Part shown: in pieces, positions 10,513 to 20,159 of the stretch
Layout: every line of letters begins with the position of its first letter
How positions within the stretch are numbered: the first letter of the stretch is position 1
Origin: Brotaphodocola sp.
Lineage (GTDB): Bacteria > Bacillota > Clostridia > Lachnospirales > Lachnospiraceae
Assembly (NCBI RefSeq): GCF_050873065.1
Contig: NZ_JBNMIC010000005.1
Location: 18,276 to 82,275, forward strand
DNA length: 64,000 bases
Reading direction: 5' to 3'
Position numbers and translations under genes: made by a program
Notes under the pieces: model-generated
What the model saw: the letters and a program-made list of their open reading frames with translations, nothing else
Databases searched by the model: none
Told to the model about the DNA's origin: nothing

Positions 10513-12990
10513 ATGTATCAGATTGTAAAACGAGTAGGGATTTTATTTGGAATTTTTGCAGCGGCATTGCTGATTTATTTTATGATAGGAAATCGAAACA
10601 GGGGCGGAGCAGATGAGACTGTCTATGTGGCACTTCAGGATGCTTCGCTTCCGACTGTGTACGCCGAGACCTGCGGGCGGACGATGAACAGGATGGCAGG
10701 ATATCGTCAGGAGATGGATTCTTCCGTGGCGGCAGAGCTTCTGACGCTGATTCCGGAGGACAGAAAGCTGGCGTTGGACATTGAGAATCAGGAGGACGCA
10801 GTCACGGCAATCCGCTATGATGTGCGGAGTATGGACCGCCAGCGCCTGATTGAGAGAACGGATCTTGAGAACTGGTTGACCACAGACGGGAAAATCCGCG
10901 CGGAGCTTCCGATCCAGAACCTGATTTCGAGAGATCAGGAGTATCTGCTTCAGATCACTTTAGAGACGCAGCAGCACGGACCGGTCTACTATTACACGAG
11001 AATTCTGTGGACGGACAACGCCCGCGCGCAGGCGATGGTGGATCTCGCAGTGAATTTCTCGACGAAGACCTTTGATCCGGCACAGGCGAGGGAACTTGCG
11101 TCTTACCTTGAGACGAATGCCTCGCAGGATGAGTCTTCTTTCCACCGGACAACGATTCACTCAAGTTTTTCAAGACTGACCTGGGGAAAGCTCGGTATGC
11201 AGCCGTCTGGGGAGGTGCAGATCGCACTCCGGGAGCTTGACGGGGCGATGAGCAGTGTCCAGCTGAGATATCCGGCTGTCCGCGAGGACGATGAGACCGG
11301 AGAATCCGAGGTCTATGAGGTGGAGGAGAATTTCACGATGAAGTGGAATGAACTTCGCATTTACCTCATGGACTATGAGCGCAGTGTGAATCAGATTTTT
11401 TCCGGGAAAGAGGCAGATTATTCGGGAAAGAGGATTCTTCTCGGAATCACGGATGAGAGCCGCGTGGAGGCGAGAAAGAGCCCGTCAGGAAATGTGATTG
11501 CCTACCGTGCAGGACGGGAGCTGTGGACTTACGATCAGAAGAACGCTCATGCGGTGAAGGTATTTTCTTTCCGCGGCAAGAATGACGATGTGCGGGAGAA
11601 TGACAGCCGTCACGACACCCGGATTCTCTCCGTTGGAGATGACGGAAGCATTGAGTTTCTTGTGTACGGATATATGAACCGCGGAGAACACGAGGGAAAT
11701 ATGGGAATTGCGGGTTACCGCTACCAGACGGATGCGAATGCGCTTGAGGAGAGATTTTTCATCCCGTACAGCGGCTCCTTCACGGAGCTTGAGGAGGATC
11801 TCGACCAGCTTGTCTGTCTCAATCCGTCGGGAATGCTCTACCTCTATCTGAAACATGCGGTTTACGGAATCGATCTGGAGAGCCGTGAAAATATGGTGGT
11901 CGCAGACCGTCTGGAAAAGGGAAGCTATGCGGTCAGCGTGGATCAGAAGCGTTTTGCATGGCAGAGCGGGCGCAGCCAGGGCGGAGCCGGTTCTCTTTAT
12001 CTGATGGATCTTGAGTCCGGTCAGAGCCAGGAGATTGACGGAGGAGCCGGAGAGAATGTCCGGGTGCTCGGTTTTGTGGGCAGAGATCTCGTCTACGGAA
12101 CGGCCAGAGAGAGCGACCGCTGGATCGTCAACGGAAGAACCGAAGAGGAACCGATGTACAATGTCAAGATTGTGAACGACCAGATGGAGGTGGAGACTAC
12201 CTACCAGAAAGAGGGATACTATATCTCAAAGGTTTCGGTTGAGGAGAGCAGGATCCATTTGGACCGCGTTGTCCGTTCGGGGGATCAAAGCTATGTTCCG
12301 TCGACGGAGGACACGATCGTCTGCAACGCCGACATCGGTCAGGGAAGGATGGATGGAATCGGCTGGTATGCATCCCAGACAAAGGGAAAGGTATACTTTG
12401 TCCAGCTTGACGGAGAGATGAAAAGCCGTGGAATCCGGACTTCCGTTCCGGATGAGATCAGTTATGAAAAGGCGGATATGCTCAGTCTTGAGGCAGACCG
12501 CAGTTCCGGAAATATGGAATTCTATGCGTATGCGAGCGGACAGCTCAGACAGGTGACGACAGACTTTGCGAGTGCGGTTCAGACTGCTTATGAGGGAATG
12601 GGATATGTGACGGATTCTTATCACCGTCTGCTCTGGAGCCGTGTGGACCGGTCTGTGACGAGAACCATCCGCGATCTGCAGACGGCGTCAGCATCGATTA
12701 CCCGCCATCTCGATGAGTTTGTGGGAAACCAGAAATTCTCAGATGGAGTTCTTGCCCTCGATGGGCGCGGCTGCAACATGATGCAGATGCTCTACTTTAT
12801 TGATCAGGGAATTCCGGTTGTCGCATACACGGAGAATGGGGGATACCTGCTGCTTTGCGGGTATGATTCCTACAATGTGACGATATTCAATCCGGCGACG
12901 GGGGAGATGTACAAGGCAGGTCTCAATGACAGCACCGAGTATTTCCGGAGACTCGGAAATGATTTTGTCTGCGCGCTTGCATTCGAATAG
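10513..12990 (+). CDS. Conserved membrane-anchored extracytoplasmic protein (~825 aa), function unknown; possible degenerate C39-peptidase-like C-terminus
   Basis: N-terminal TM (ILFGIFAAALLIYFMI), long acidic ectodomain, C-terminal GCNMMQMLYFIDQGIPVVAY...LLCGYD...IFNP. Confidence 0.6.
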   Translation: MYQIVKRVGILFGIFAAALLIYFMIGNRNRGGADETVYVALQDASLPTVYAETCGRTMNRMAGYRQEMDSSVAAELLTLIPEDRKLALDIENQEDAVTAIRYDVRSMDRQRLIERTDLENWLTTDGKIRAELPIQNLISRDQEYLLQITLETQQHGPVYYYTRILWTDNARAQAMVDLAVNFSTKTFDPAQARELASYLETNASQDESSFHRTTIHSSFSRLTWGKLGMQPSGEVQIALRELDGAMSSVQLRYPAVREDDETGESEVYEVEENFTMKWNELRIYLMDYERSVNQIFSGKEADYSGKRILLGITDESRVEARKSPSGNVIAYRAGRELWTYDQKNAHAVKVFSFRGKNDDVRENDSRHDTRILSVGDDGSIEFLVYGYMNRGEHEGNMGIAGYRYQTDANALEERFFIPYSGSFTELEEDLDQLVCLNPSGMLYLYLKHAVYGIDLESRENMVVADRLEKGSYAVSVDQKRFAWQSGRSQGGAGSLYLMDLESGQSQEIDGGAGENVRVLGFVGRDLVYGTARESDRWIVNGRTEEEPMYNVKIVNDQMEVETTYQKEGYYISKVSVEESRIHLDRVVRSGDQSYVPSTEDTIVCNADIGQGRMDGIGWYASQTKGKVYFVQLDGEMKSRGIRTSVPDEISYEKADMLSLEADRSSGNMEFYAYASGQLRQVTTDFASAVQTAYEGMGYVTDSYHRLLWSRVDRSVTRTIRDLQTASASITRHLDEFVGNQKFSDGVLALDGRGCNMMQMLYFIDQGIPVVAYTENGGYLLLCGYDSYNVTIFNPATGEMYKAGLNDSTEYFRRLGNDFVCALAFE

Positions 12991-12993
12991 ATG

Positions 12994-13126
12994 GTTACTG
13001 TGCACGGGCAGGCATTTTCTGAACTGAAAATGCCGTATGATACCGTGGTGGCAGCAGATTTTGCCGATCCGGAATGCGAAGCATCGGCAAAATCCGTTAC
13101 TGTTTGCGCAATGCGTGAACAGTAAC
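12994..13126. repeat. Family A hairpin element, full copy
   Basis: Three consecutive hairpins: ggcattttc/gaaaatgcc, gattttgccgat/atcggcaaaatc with GCGAAGC, gttactgtt/aacagtaac. Confidence 0.8.
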
Positions 13127-13165
13127 TAGGTGGAACCGGGGCGTGCCGGGAAACGGGTGTTTCCC

Positions 13166-13193
13166 TTTACAAATCAGATTTATGTGGTATAAT
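13166..13193 (+). promoter_or_regulatory. Probable murA promoter
   Basis: TTTACA-16 bp-TATAAT with extended -10 TG. Confidence 0.5.
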
Positions 13194-13365
13194 CATTAAG
13201 AATATTCGATGGAAAATTAAAGAAATCGTAAAGATTCATTATAAATAGACGAAAGAGAAACATTTTATGGCTGTAAAATGTTTGGGTTTTGAAGAGTGAG
13301 AACGCGGCTGTGAATATACAGAACAGCTGCAAATAGGTTAAAAAAGAAAGTGGCAGAGGTGCAGG

Positions 13366-14658
13366 ATGAATCAGTTTATTATGAAAGGCGGCAATCCACT
13401 GGTTGGAGATGTGGTTATCAGCGGGGCGAAGAATGCAGCGCTTGGTATTTTGGCGGCTGCCATTATGACCGATGATGATGTCATCATAGAAAATCTGCCG
13501 GATGTGCGGGACATCAATGTCCTTCTCGAGGCGATTTCAGAAATTGGTGCAAAAGTAGAGCGGATTGACCGGCATTCCGTAAAGATCAATGCGTCTACGA
13601 TCCGTGAGGTGAGCGTAGATGATGAGTATATCCGCAAAATTCGTGCTTCCTACTATTTTATCGGAGCACTGCTTGGAAAATATAAGAGTGCAGAGGTTCC
13701 GCTTCCGGGCGGATGCAACATCGGAAGTCGTCCGATTGACCAGCATCTGAAAGGATTTCGAGCTCTGGGAGCAAAGATTGAGATTGACCGTGGCGCAGTG
13801 ATCGCTCATGCAATCGATCTCGTCGGAAGCCATATCTATCTGGACGTGGTTTCCGTGGGTGCGACAATCAATATCATGATGGCGGCAGCTCTCGCAGAGG
13901 GACAGACGATTCTTGAGAATGCTGCGAAAGAACCGCATGTTGTGGATGTCGCAAACTTCCTCAACAGCATGGGAGCAAATATTAAGGGTGCAGGAACGGA
14001 TATCATCCGCATCCGCGGCGTGCGCCGTCTCCATGGAACGGAGTATTCGATCATTCCGGACCAGATTGAGGCGGGAACGTTCATGTGTGCAGCGGCGATC
14101 ACCCGCGGTGACGTGACGGTGAAGAATGTCATCCCGAAGCATCTCGAGGCAATCTCTGCAAAGCTGATTGAGATCGGCTGTGAGGTTATTGAGGGCGATG
14201 ATGAGGTTCGCGTGGTTGGAAAACCGAGACAGCATTCGACGAATATCAAGACTCTTCCTTACCCGGGATTCCCGACGGATATGCAGCCGCAGATGGCTGT
14301 GACTCTGGCTCTCGCAGAGGGAACGAGCATGATCACGGAGAGTATTTTCGAGAACCGCTTCAAGTATGTCGATGAACTTGCAAGAATGGGTGGAAATATC
14401 AAAGTAGAAGGCAATGTCGCAGTGATTGACGGTGTCAAAGGCTTTACGGGAGCCCAGGTGGAGTCTCCGGACCTTCGCGCAGGTGCGGCTCTTGTGCTTG
14501 CCGGACTGTCCGCAACCGGATATACCGTTGTGGATGAGATCGGCTATATCCAGCGCGGATATGAGAACTTTGAGGAGAAACTGCAGGCGCTCGGCGCACA
14601 CATCGATATCGTGGATTCCGAGAAAGAAGCACAGAAGTTCCGACTGAAAATCGGCTGA
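13366..14658 (+). CDS. murA: UDP-N-acetylglucosamine 1-carboxyvinyltransferase
   Basis: SGAKNA, LPGGCNIGSRP (active-site Cys), PGFPTDMQ, DLRAGA motifs. Confidence 0.97.
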   Translation: MNQFIMKGGNPLVGDVVISGAKNAALGILAAAIMTDDDVIIENLPDVRDINVLLEAISEIGAKVERIDRHSVKINASTIREVSVDDEYIRKIRASYYFIGALLGKYKSAEVPLPGGCNIGSRPIDQHLKGFRALGAKIEIDRGAVIAHAIDLVGSHIYLDVVSVGATINIMMAAALAEGQTILENAAKEPHVVDVANFLNSMGANIKGAGTDIIRIRGVRRLHGTEYSIIPDQIEAGTFMCAAAITRGDVTVKNVIPKHLEAISAKLIEIGCEVIEGDDEVRVVGKPRQHSTNIKTLPYPGFPTDMQPQMAVTLALAEGTSMITESIFENRFKYVDELARMGGNIKVEGNVAVIDGVKGFTGAQVESPDLRAGAALVLAGLSATGYTVVDEIGYIQRGYENFEEKLQALGAHIDIVDSEKEAQKFRLKIG

Positions 14659-15023
14659 TCCGCAATGGTGAGTGATAAAGTACTGACAAAATACTGACGA
14701 AAACATAACAACAGTTCCGGCTCCGTTAAATTTTTTGTTTTCTTTCCGTAAGCAAATTGTTATGAACTGTACATAAACTGGACACGATTTCCAGTTATGA
14801 TAGAGACAGAAGATAAGAAAGAGTTACTGTTTGCAGGCAGATGGTTTCGGTGGAAACATTTGTGGCGGAAAGCATGAGACAAAAGCACCGGGTGATAAGG
14901 TGACGGAACAGATTTTGCCGCTTCAGAACGGATTGTGGCAGGATCCGCTGCCGGTTACGCAGCGCGTAAACAGTAACAGATGGTTCGGATCAAAATCCGG
15001 AACAGCAGAAGGAGGAGAAGGAA

Positions 15024-16037
15024 ATGAAGTTATGGAAAAAGGGCTTATCCCTGATGCTGGGCGCGGCACTGATTGCAGCGGCATTCACGGGAACAACGTT
15101 TGCGGCTTCCAGCCGGACAAAGATTACAAAGATCAATCTGGTAATAGATTCAAACATTGCGGTCGGTGATGACAACGGAAGTGTGGATGTCACGACTCCG
15201 GACAGTCACTACAAGGTAAGCGATGTCGAGATCGATAATGATGATGCAGAGTGGACGAGCGGAGATAAGCCGAAGATCGAGGTAACCCTTGAGTCGGACA
15301 GCAATTACTACTTTGATGCGATGTCCAAGAGCAAGGTAAACTTGAGCGGCGATAAGGCAACTTACACCGGTTCCCGTCGAGAGGACAGCAGCACAACCCT
15401 GATTGTAAAGCTGACGCTCAAAGAACTTGAGGGACCGCTTGAAATTGATGATCTCTCCTGGGAGGACGAGGAAACTCCGACTGCGAAGTGGGAAGAGGTT
15501 GACGGTGCGAAGAATTATCAGGTACGTCTCTACCGCGACAGCAAGTCTGTCGGCGAGACTGTGACCACGACGCATAACTATTACGATTTCGCTTCCAGAA
15601 TCACGAAGGAAGGCGAGTATTACTTCAAGGTCCGCGTCATCAACAACAATTCCAAGAAGGGCGAGTGGTATGAGTCCGATTATATCTATGTGGATGATGC
15701 CCTGCTTGACTCTCTGAAGAAGACGAACAACAGCAGCAGTAACAATAATAACAGCACAGTAACCCCGGGAAGCAATACGACGTCTCAGGATCAGTGGATC
15801 TGGGATAGCAACCAGAAAAACTGGTGGTATCGCTACGCAAACGGTTCTTATCCGACAAACGGATGGCTTCAGATCGGCGGAAAGTGGTACTGCTTTGACT
15901 CAGTGGGCTGGATGCGCACTGGCTGGATCCAGGCAGGAAACAACTGGTACTACTGTGGAACAGATGGAGCAATGCTGACAAACACGACGACTCCGGACGG
16001 ATACCGCGTGGATGCAAATGGAATCTGGGTACACTAA
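15024..16037 (+). CDS. Secreted surface protein: Ig/FN3-like domains plus C-terminal cell-wall-binding repeats
   Basis: Signal peptide, beta-rich domains, N/S-rich linker, repeats GWLQIGGKWYCFDSVGWMRTGW; no catalytic motif seen. Confidence 0.8.
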   Translation: MKLWKKGLSLMLGAALIAAAFTGTTFAASSRTKITKINLVIDSNIAVGDDNGSVDVTTPDSHYKVSDVEIDNDDAEWTSGDKPKIEVTLESDSNYYFDAMSKSKVNLSGDKATYTGSRREDSSTTLIVKLTLKELEGPLEIDDLSWEDEETPTAKWEEVDGAKNYQVRLYRDSKSVGETVTTTHNYYDFASRITKEGEYYFKVRVINNNSKKGEWYESDYIYVDDALLDSLKKTNNSSSNNNNSTVTPGSNTTSQDQWIWDSNQKNWWYRYANGSYPTNGWLQIGGKWYCFDSVGWMRTGWIQAGNNWYYCGTDGAMLTNTTTPDGYRVDANGIWVH

Positions 16038-16051
16038 TCACTCAGAGTGGG

Positions 16052-16082
16052 ACAGGGTGGAGGTTTCTCCACCCTGTTTTTG
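16052..16082 (+). terminator. Intrinsic terminator
   Basis: acagggtggag-gttt-ctccaccctgt followed by T-run. Confidence 0.85.
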
Positions 16083-16175
16083 CGTCTTTCATCCAAGGAG
16101 CAGAGCATGACAGCACAGCGCCGGATCCTGTAAAAAGCGGTGTCACAAAAACTTCAAAAAAATTTGAAAAAAGTG

Positions 16176-16204
16176 TTGACAAAACGAATAATCTATCATA
16201 TAAT
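16176..16204 (+). promoter_or_regulatory. Consensus SigA promoter of the tRNA cluster
   Basis: TTGACA-17 bp-TATAAT with A-rich UP element. Confidence 0.9.
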
Positions 16205-16252
16205 AACCTCGTTGTTCACGACAACAAAGAAACACAGAGCACTAAAGAGTAT

Positions 16253-16325
16253 TCCTCGATAGCTCAGTCGGTAGAGCACGCGGCTGTTAACCGCGCTGTC
16301 GTAGGTTCAAGTCCTACTCGGGGAG
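16253..16325 (+). tRNA. tRNA-Asn (GTT)
   Basis: Cloverleaf; anticodon arm cgcgg-ct GTT aa-ccgcg; GGTTCAAGTCC T-arm. Confidence 0.95.
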
Positions 16326-16351
16326 CTAGGTCCATGGAGACCAGAAATTTC

Positions 16352-16423
16352 GGCCCCATGGTCAAGCGGTTAAGACATCGCCCTTTCACGGCGGTAACAC
16401 GAGTTCAAATCTCGTTGGGGTCA
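16352..16423 (+). tRNA. tRNA-Glu (TTC)
   Basis: GGCCCCA/TGGGGTC acceptor stem; anticodon loop ct TTC ac. Confidence 0.95.
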
Positions 16424-16444
16424 CTTGGCAACGCCAAAAAGTGC

Positions 16445-16518
16445 GGACCTTTAGCTCAGTTGGTTAGAGCAACCGGCTCATAACCGGTCGGTCCTGGGTT
16501 CGAGTCCCCGAAGGTCCA
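16445..16518 (+). tRNA. tRNA with CAT anticodon, probably tRNA-Ile2 (lysidine-modified)
   Basis: GGACCTTTAGCTCAGTTGGTTAGAGC...CTCATAA...AAGGTCCA resembles Firmicute Ile2 rather than initiator or elongator Met. Confidence 0.85.
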
Positions 16519-16546
16519 TTGAACCGCAAAAACAATTTTATAATCT

Positions 16547-16620
16547 GGCCTGGTGGCTCAGCTGGTTAGAGCGCCGCCCTGTCACGGCGGAGGTCGTGGG
16601 TTCGAACCCCATCCGGGTCG
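16547..16620 (+). tRNA. tRNA-Asp (GTC)
   Basis: GGCCTGG/CCGGGTC acceptor stem; anticodon loop ct GTC ac. Confidence 0.95.
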
Positions 16621-16627
16621 TTTTTGA

Positions 16628-16667
16628 AGAGTCTGGAGTTTCCTGATGGAAATTTCAGACTTTTTGT
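16628..16667 (+). terminator. Terminator of the tRNA cluster
   Basis: agtctggagtttcc...ggaaatttcagact followed by T-run. Confidence 0.7.
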
Positions 16668-16776
16668 GTTACCATAAAAAGAGCAATGGCTCGTCAGGTT
16701 CGCGTGTCTTTCGCCGAATCTGAGAGTGGATGTATGGGGCAACAAGTAAATTTGGGAAGAGTGTTGGAGGACAGAG

Positions 16777-17199
16777 ATGGCAGTGACAAGAGGCGGCAGA
16801 GAGATGGTTCTGTATTATTCCCCGGAGGGAAACAAGAATGCGGCAAAATTAAAGGGCGTGCTTGTGCGGATGGGAGTTCGGATCCGCAATGTGAGCGAGG
16901 AGCAGTTTGGTGATACGCTTGGTTCCCTTATCGGTCTTGAAGGATTTGAGGCGAGGGAGAGCGCAGAAAAGAGCGGAGAGGCTGTGGGAGCGATCGAGAG
17001 GGAAGTTCTCGTGATGCACAATTTTTCGGGAAACCGCATTGACGAGCTGCTTCTTGCGATGCGCCGTGCAAATGTTCAGAAGATTGATTTAAAGGCGATT
17101 GTGACGGAGAGCAATGTGAATTGGAGCTTTTATCATCTTTATGAGGAGATCGGCGCAGAACATGAGAGAATGCATCAGAATGCGAATGCAAAGCAGTAG
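16777..17199 (+). CDS. DUF3783 domain protein
   Basis: GGAGG RBS; VLYY...LVRMGVRI...LKAIVTESNVNWSFYHLYEEI..EH pattern. Confidence 0.75.
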   Translation: MAVTRGGREMVLYYSPEGNKNAAKLKGVLVRMGVRIRNVSEEQFGDTLGSLIGLEGFEARESAEKSGEAVGAIEREVLVMHNFSGNRIDELLLAMRRANVQKIDLKAIVTESNVNWSFYHLYEEIGAEHERMHQNANAKQ

Positions 17200-18451
17200 G
17201 AGGACAGACCGCGACCTTCGCAGACGGTTTTGCAGAGGCATCTGCTGCGCGCTGACACTCCTTGCGGGAATTCTTCTGACTTCGTGCGGAGGGGAGGAGG
17301 AAGTGCCAAAGAAGACGAGGACAGAGCTGATTTTGTGGCACTACTGGGATATTCCGGCGATGCGTCAGAAACTGACCCAGCTTGCAGAGGAGTACAACGC
17401 GTCTCAGGATCAGGTGACGATTGAGCCGGAATATGTGCCGGATGAGGATTTCAGAAAGACTCTTGCGCTTGCGGCGGCAGATGGGAGGCTTCCGGATCTC
17501 GTCCTTGCGGATTGCAGCGATGTCCGGTATTTTGACCGGATGAGTCCGCTTGCGGATCTGTCGGAGGTGGTTGACCGCGGGGAATATTTAGATCAGGCGT
17601 TGGAATTATGTGAGAGAGAGGATGGGACGCTGATCGGGCTTCCACTCGGTCTTAACTGCCTGACCCTCTATTACAATAAGGGGATTTTGCAGCGTTCCGG
17701 CGTGAAGCCGCCTCAGACGTTTCAGGAATTTCTGAGTGCGGCGAAGGCGATGACGAGCGGACAGGTCTATGGCTGCGGGTTTGCCGGTCTGATCAGCGAG
17801 GAGACGACGTACAGCTTTCTCCCGATTCTCTGGAATTACGGGGCAGATTTGAAAAATCTCGACACCCCGGAGGGCGAGGCGGCTTTCAACTTCCTGAAAG
17901 AACTCGTTCAGAGCGGAGCAGTGAGCAAAAGTGCTGCGAACATGACAATGTCGGATGTGGCGCGCCAGTTCAGCAAGGGAAACATTGCGATGATCTTTGC
18001 GGCCTCCGGAAAGATGGAATATTATTTTAAACAGAACCCCCAGCTCCGCTATGCCCAGATCAGGATTCCGGGAGCGGAGAACAGGACGAGCGTGATCGGC
18101 GGAGAGGTGTTAGTTGTGCCGGATCAGGCAAGGCGGGAGAAGGCGCTTGATTTTATCCGTTTTCTTGCACAGCCACAGCAGATCAAGTCGTATCTGGAAG
18201 CTGCCGGCTATCTGTCCCCGCGCCGGGATGTGCTGGAGTGGCAGATGGAGAAAAATCCGGAGCGAAAAAAGGAGCGCTATGCACTTGAGCACGCGAGAAT
18301 GAGAGAACAGGTGGAGTATTGGCCGGCAATCTCGATTGCGCTGGCAGAGACGGTGAATCAGACGATTTTGCAGAATGAGCCGCAGGATGCCTGGCAGAAG
18401 CTGGCTGACCGGATTGACCAGATCAGGGGGGAATATGATGAGGGGGAATAG
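17186..18451 (+). CDS. Extracellular solute-binding lipoprotein (carbohydrate ABC-type SBP)
   Basis: Lipobox LLTSC, LILWHYW, PDL, LYYNK, GNIAMIF, GGEVL motifs; exact start uncertain. Confidence 0.8.
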   Translation: MQSSRRTDRDLRRRFCRGICCALTLLAGILLTSCGGEEEVPKKTRTELILWHYWDIPAMRQKLTQLAEEYNASQDQVTIEPEYVPDEDFRKTLALAAADGRLPDLVLADCSDVRYFDRMSPLADLSEVVDRGEYLDQALELCEREDGTLIGLPLGLNCLTLYYNKGILQRSGVKPPQTFQEFLSAAKAMTSGQVYGCGFAGLISEETTYSFLPILWNYGADLKNLDTPEGEAAFNFLKELVQSGAVSKSAANMTMSDVARQFSKGNIAMIFAASGKMEYYFKQNPQLRYAQIRIPGAENRTSVIGGEVLVVPDQARREKALDFIRFLAQPQQIKSYLEAAGYLSPRRDVLEWQMEKNPERKKERYALEHARMREQVEYWPAISIALAETVNQTILQNEPQDAWQKLADRIDQIRGEYDEGE

Positions 18452-20159
18452 ATCGCTCAGAAGTTCGCTGTTGATGGCGGGGAGTGTGACCATCGTTCTT
18501 CCGCTGCTGATCTTGATTCTTGTGATGCAGGCGAGAATCTGGGAAATCCTGAAATCGAACGTTGAGATGGAGATGCAGAGGGAGATTCAGACGGCGGATC
18601 AGATGCTCAGCATGATGATGGACCGCTATGACAGCGTGCTCTCGGATTTCTGCACGGATGAGGAACTTGTCGTCCTCGTCCAGCAGATCAACAACAAGAG
18701 GGATGTGCTCGATGCAAACAGCAATCAGCTTCGGCGTCAGCTGAAGAGCCTGTGCAACCGAAATGATGAGGTCGAGGGTGTGACGCTCGTGACGGCAGGC
18801 GGACAGAGGTATTTCTATGATCGTGTCAGTGCCTCCTCGATGGACAGTGTCTGGGCAGGACACCTAGACGGGGCGGATCTTGACGGCGGAGTCCATTTCC
18901 ACGGCGGAATCAACCTTGATGAGGGGGAGGACGGAAGCGGACATCTGCTTCAGATTGCACGAAGAATCGTGGATTACAGGGATATTCACCGGGATATGGG
19001 AACTGTGATTTTGAGTTTCGATCAGGAGGTTCTCTGGGATACGATCTCCTCTAAGGAGGCGTCCAAGCTTTACATCTGTGAGGGAGATCAGATCATTGCG
19101 GCGGAGAACCGGGAGGAGATCGGAATGTCAATATCGGAGATTCCGACGTCCGGCATCAGTGTCTTAAGCATTGACAATACCGTGACCGGGTGGAAACTCT
19201 ATGATTATTATTCGATGAAAGAATTTTCCAGAGTGGTCAGCAAGCAGACGACACTGATGATCTTTCTGACACTCGGATTCTTAAGTGAGGGCGGCATTGT
19301 CGTCTATCTGCTCTTTAAGCCGATTTTTCTTCAGGTCAAACAGATTGAGGCGGCGATGATCGATGTGGAGAAAGGCGATTTCTCCGTTCGGGTTCCCGCA
19401 AATGGAAAACTTCCGCGGGAGGTCGTCACGATTGTCGGCGGCTTCAACAAGATGGTGGAGAAGACGGGAGATCTGATTGAAAAGTTAAAGACTTCCGCGG
19501 AGGAGCAGCGGAATGCAGAGCTCTCTGCGATGGAGGCCCAGATCGACCCGCATTTTCTTTACAACACACTCGACACGATCAACTGGAAGGCGATTGAACG
19601 GGATGAGTATGAGATCAGCGGCATGGTGTGCGCACTGGCGGACATCCTGCGTTATTCGATCCGGAATCCGGGAGGACTTGTGTCAATCGGGCAGGAACTC
19701 TACTGGCTGAGCCAGTATACGATGCTTCAGAAAGAGCGGATTGAGCAGCCGCTCGAAGTGCAGACGGATGTGCCGGAGGAGCTGAAAGGCTGCCAGATTC
19801 ACAAGATGCTTCTTCAGCCGTTTGTGGAGAATGCGATCAAGCATGGAGGATATCAGAAGGAGGGCGTGTGCCGTCTGACGGTACGGATCCGCCGGATTGA
19901 GGATCAGATTTATATCATGATCCGGGATAACGGAAAGGGAATTCCGAAAGAGACGCTTCAGATTCTGAATGATCCCACAAAGCGTCTGGAGGGACATGTC
20001 GGGATTTACAATGTGAGAAAACGACTTGAGCTGTATTACGGAGAAGATGCAGCTTGCTATTTTGAGAGCCGTCCGGATATTGGAACGACGGTGCATCTGT
20101 TTGTAAAGGCAATTCGGGGGGAGGAAAAAACAGATGAAAATTGCAGTAGTAGAAGATGA
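18435..20159 (+). CDS. Sensor histidine kinase (YesM/LytS-like)
   Basis: Two TM segments, HAMP, EAQIDPHFLYNTL H-box, QPFVENAIKHG, DNGKG, GTTV. Confidence 0.92.
   Translation: MMRGNRSLRSSLLMAGSVTIVLPLLILILVMQARIWEILKSNVEMEMQREIQTADQMLSMMMDRYDSVLSDFCTDEELVVLVQQINNKRDVLDANSNQLRRQLKSLCNRNDEVEGVTLVTAGGQRYFYDRVSASSMDSVWAGHLDGADLDGGVHFHGGINLDEGEDGSGHLLQIARRIVDYRDIHRDMGTVILSFDQEVLWDTISSKEASKLYICEGDQIIAAENREEIGMSISEIPTSGISVLSIDNTVTGWKLYDYYSMKEFSRVVSKQTTLMIFLTLGFLSEGGIVVYLLFKPIFLQVKQIEAAMIDVEKGDFSVRVPANGKLPREVVTIVGGFNKMVEKTGDLIEKLKTSAEEQRNAELSAMEAQIDPHFLYNTLDTINWKAIERDEYEISGMVCALADILRYSIRNPGGLVSIGQELYWLSQYTMLQKERIEQPLEVQTDVPEELKGCQIHKMLLQPFVENAIKHGGYQKEGVCRLTVRIRRIEDQIYIMIRDNGKGIPKETLQILNDPTKRLEGHVGIYNVRKRLELYYGEDAACYFESRPDIGTTVHLFVKAIRGEEKTDENCSSRR

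Noticed and set aside
14681-14698. TACTGAC direct repeat with 11-bp period after murA (integrase arm site or winged-helix operator?)
   Set aside because: Only two 7-mers, no integrase or second cluster in the window; cannot be separated from chance.
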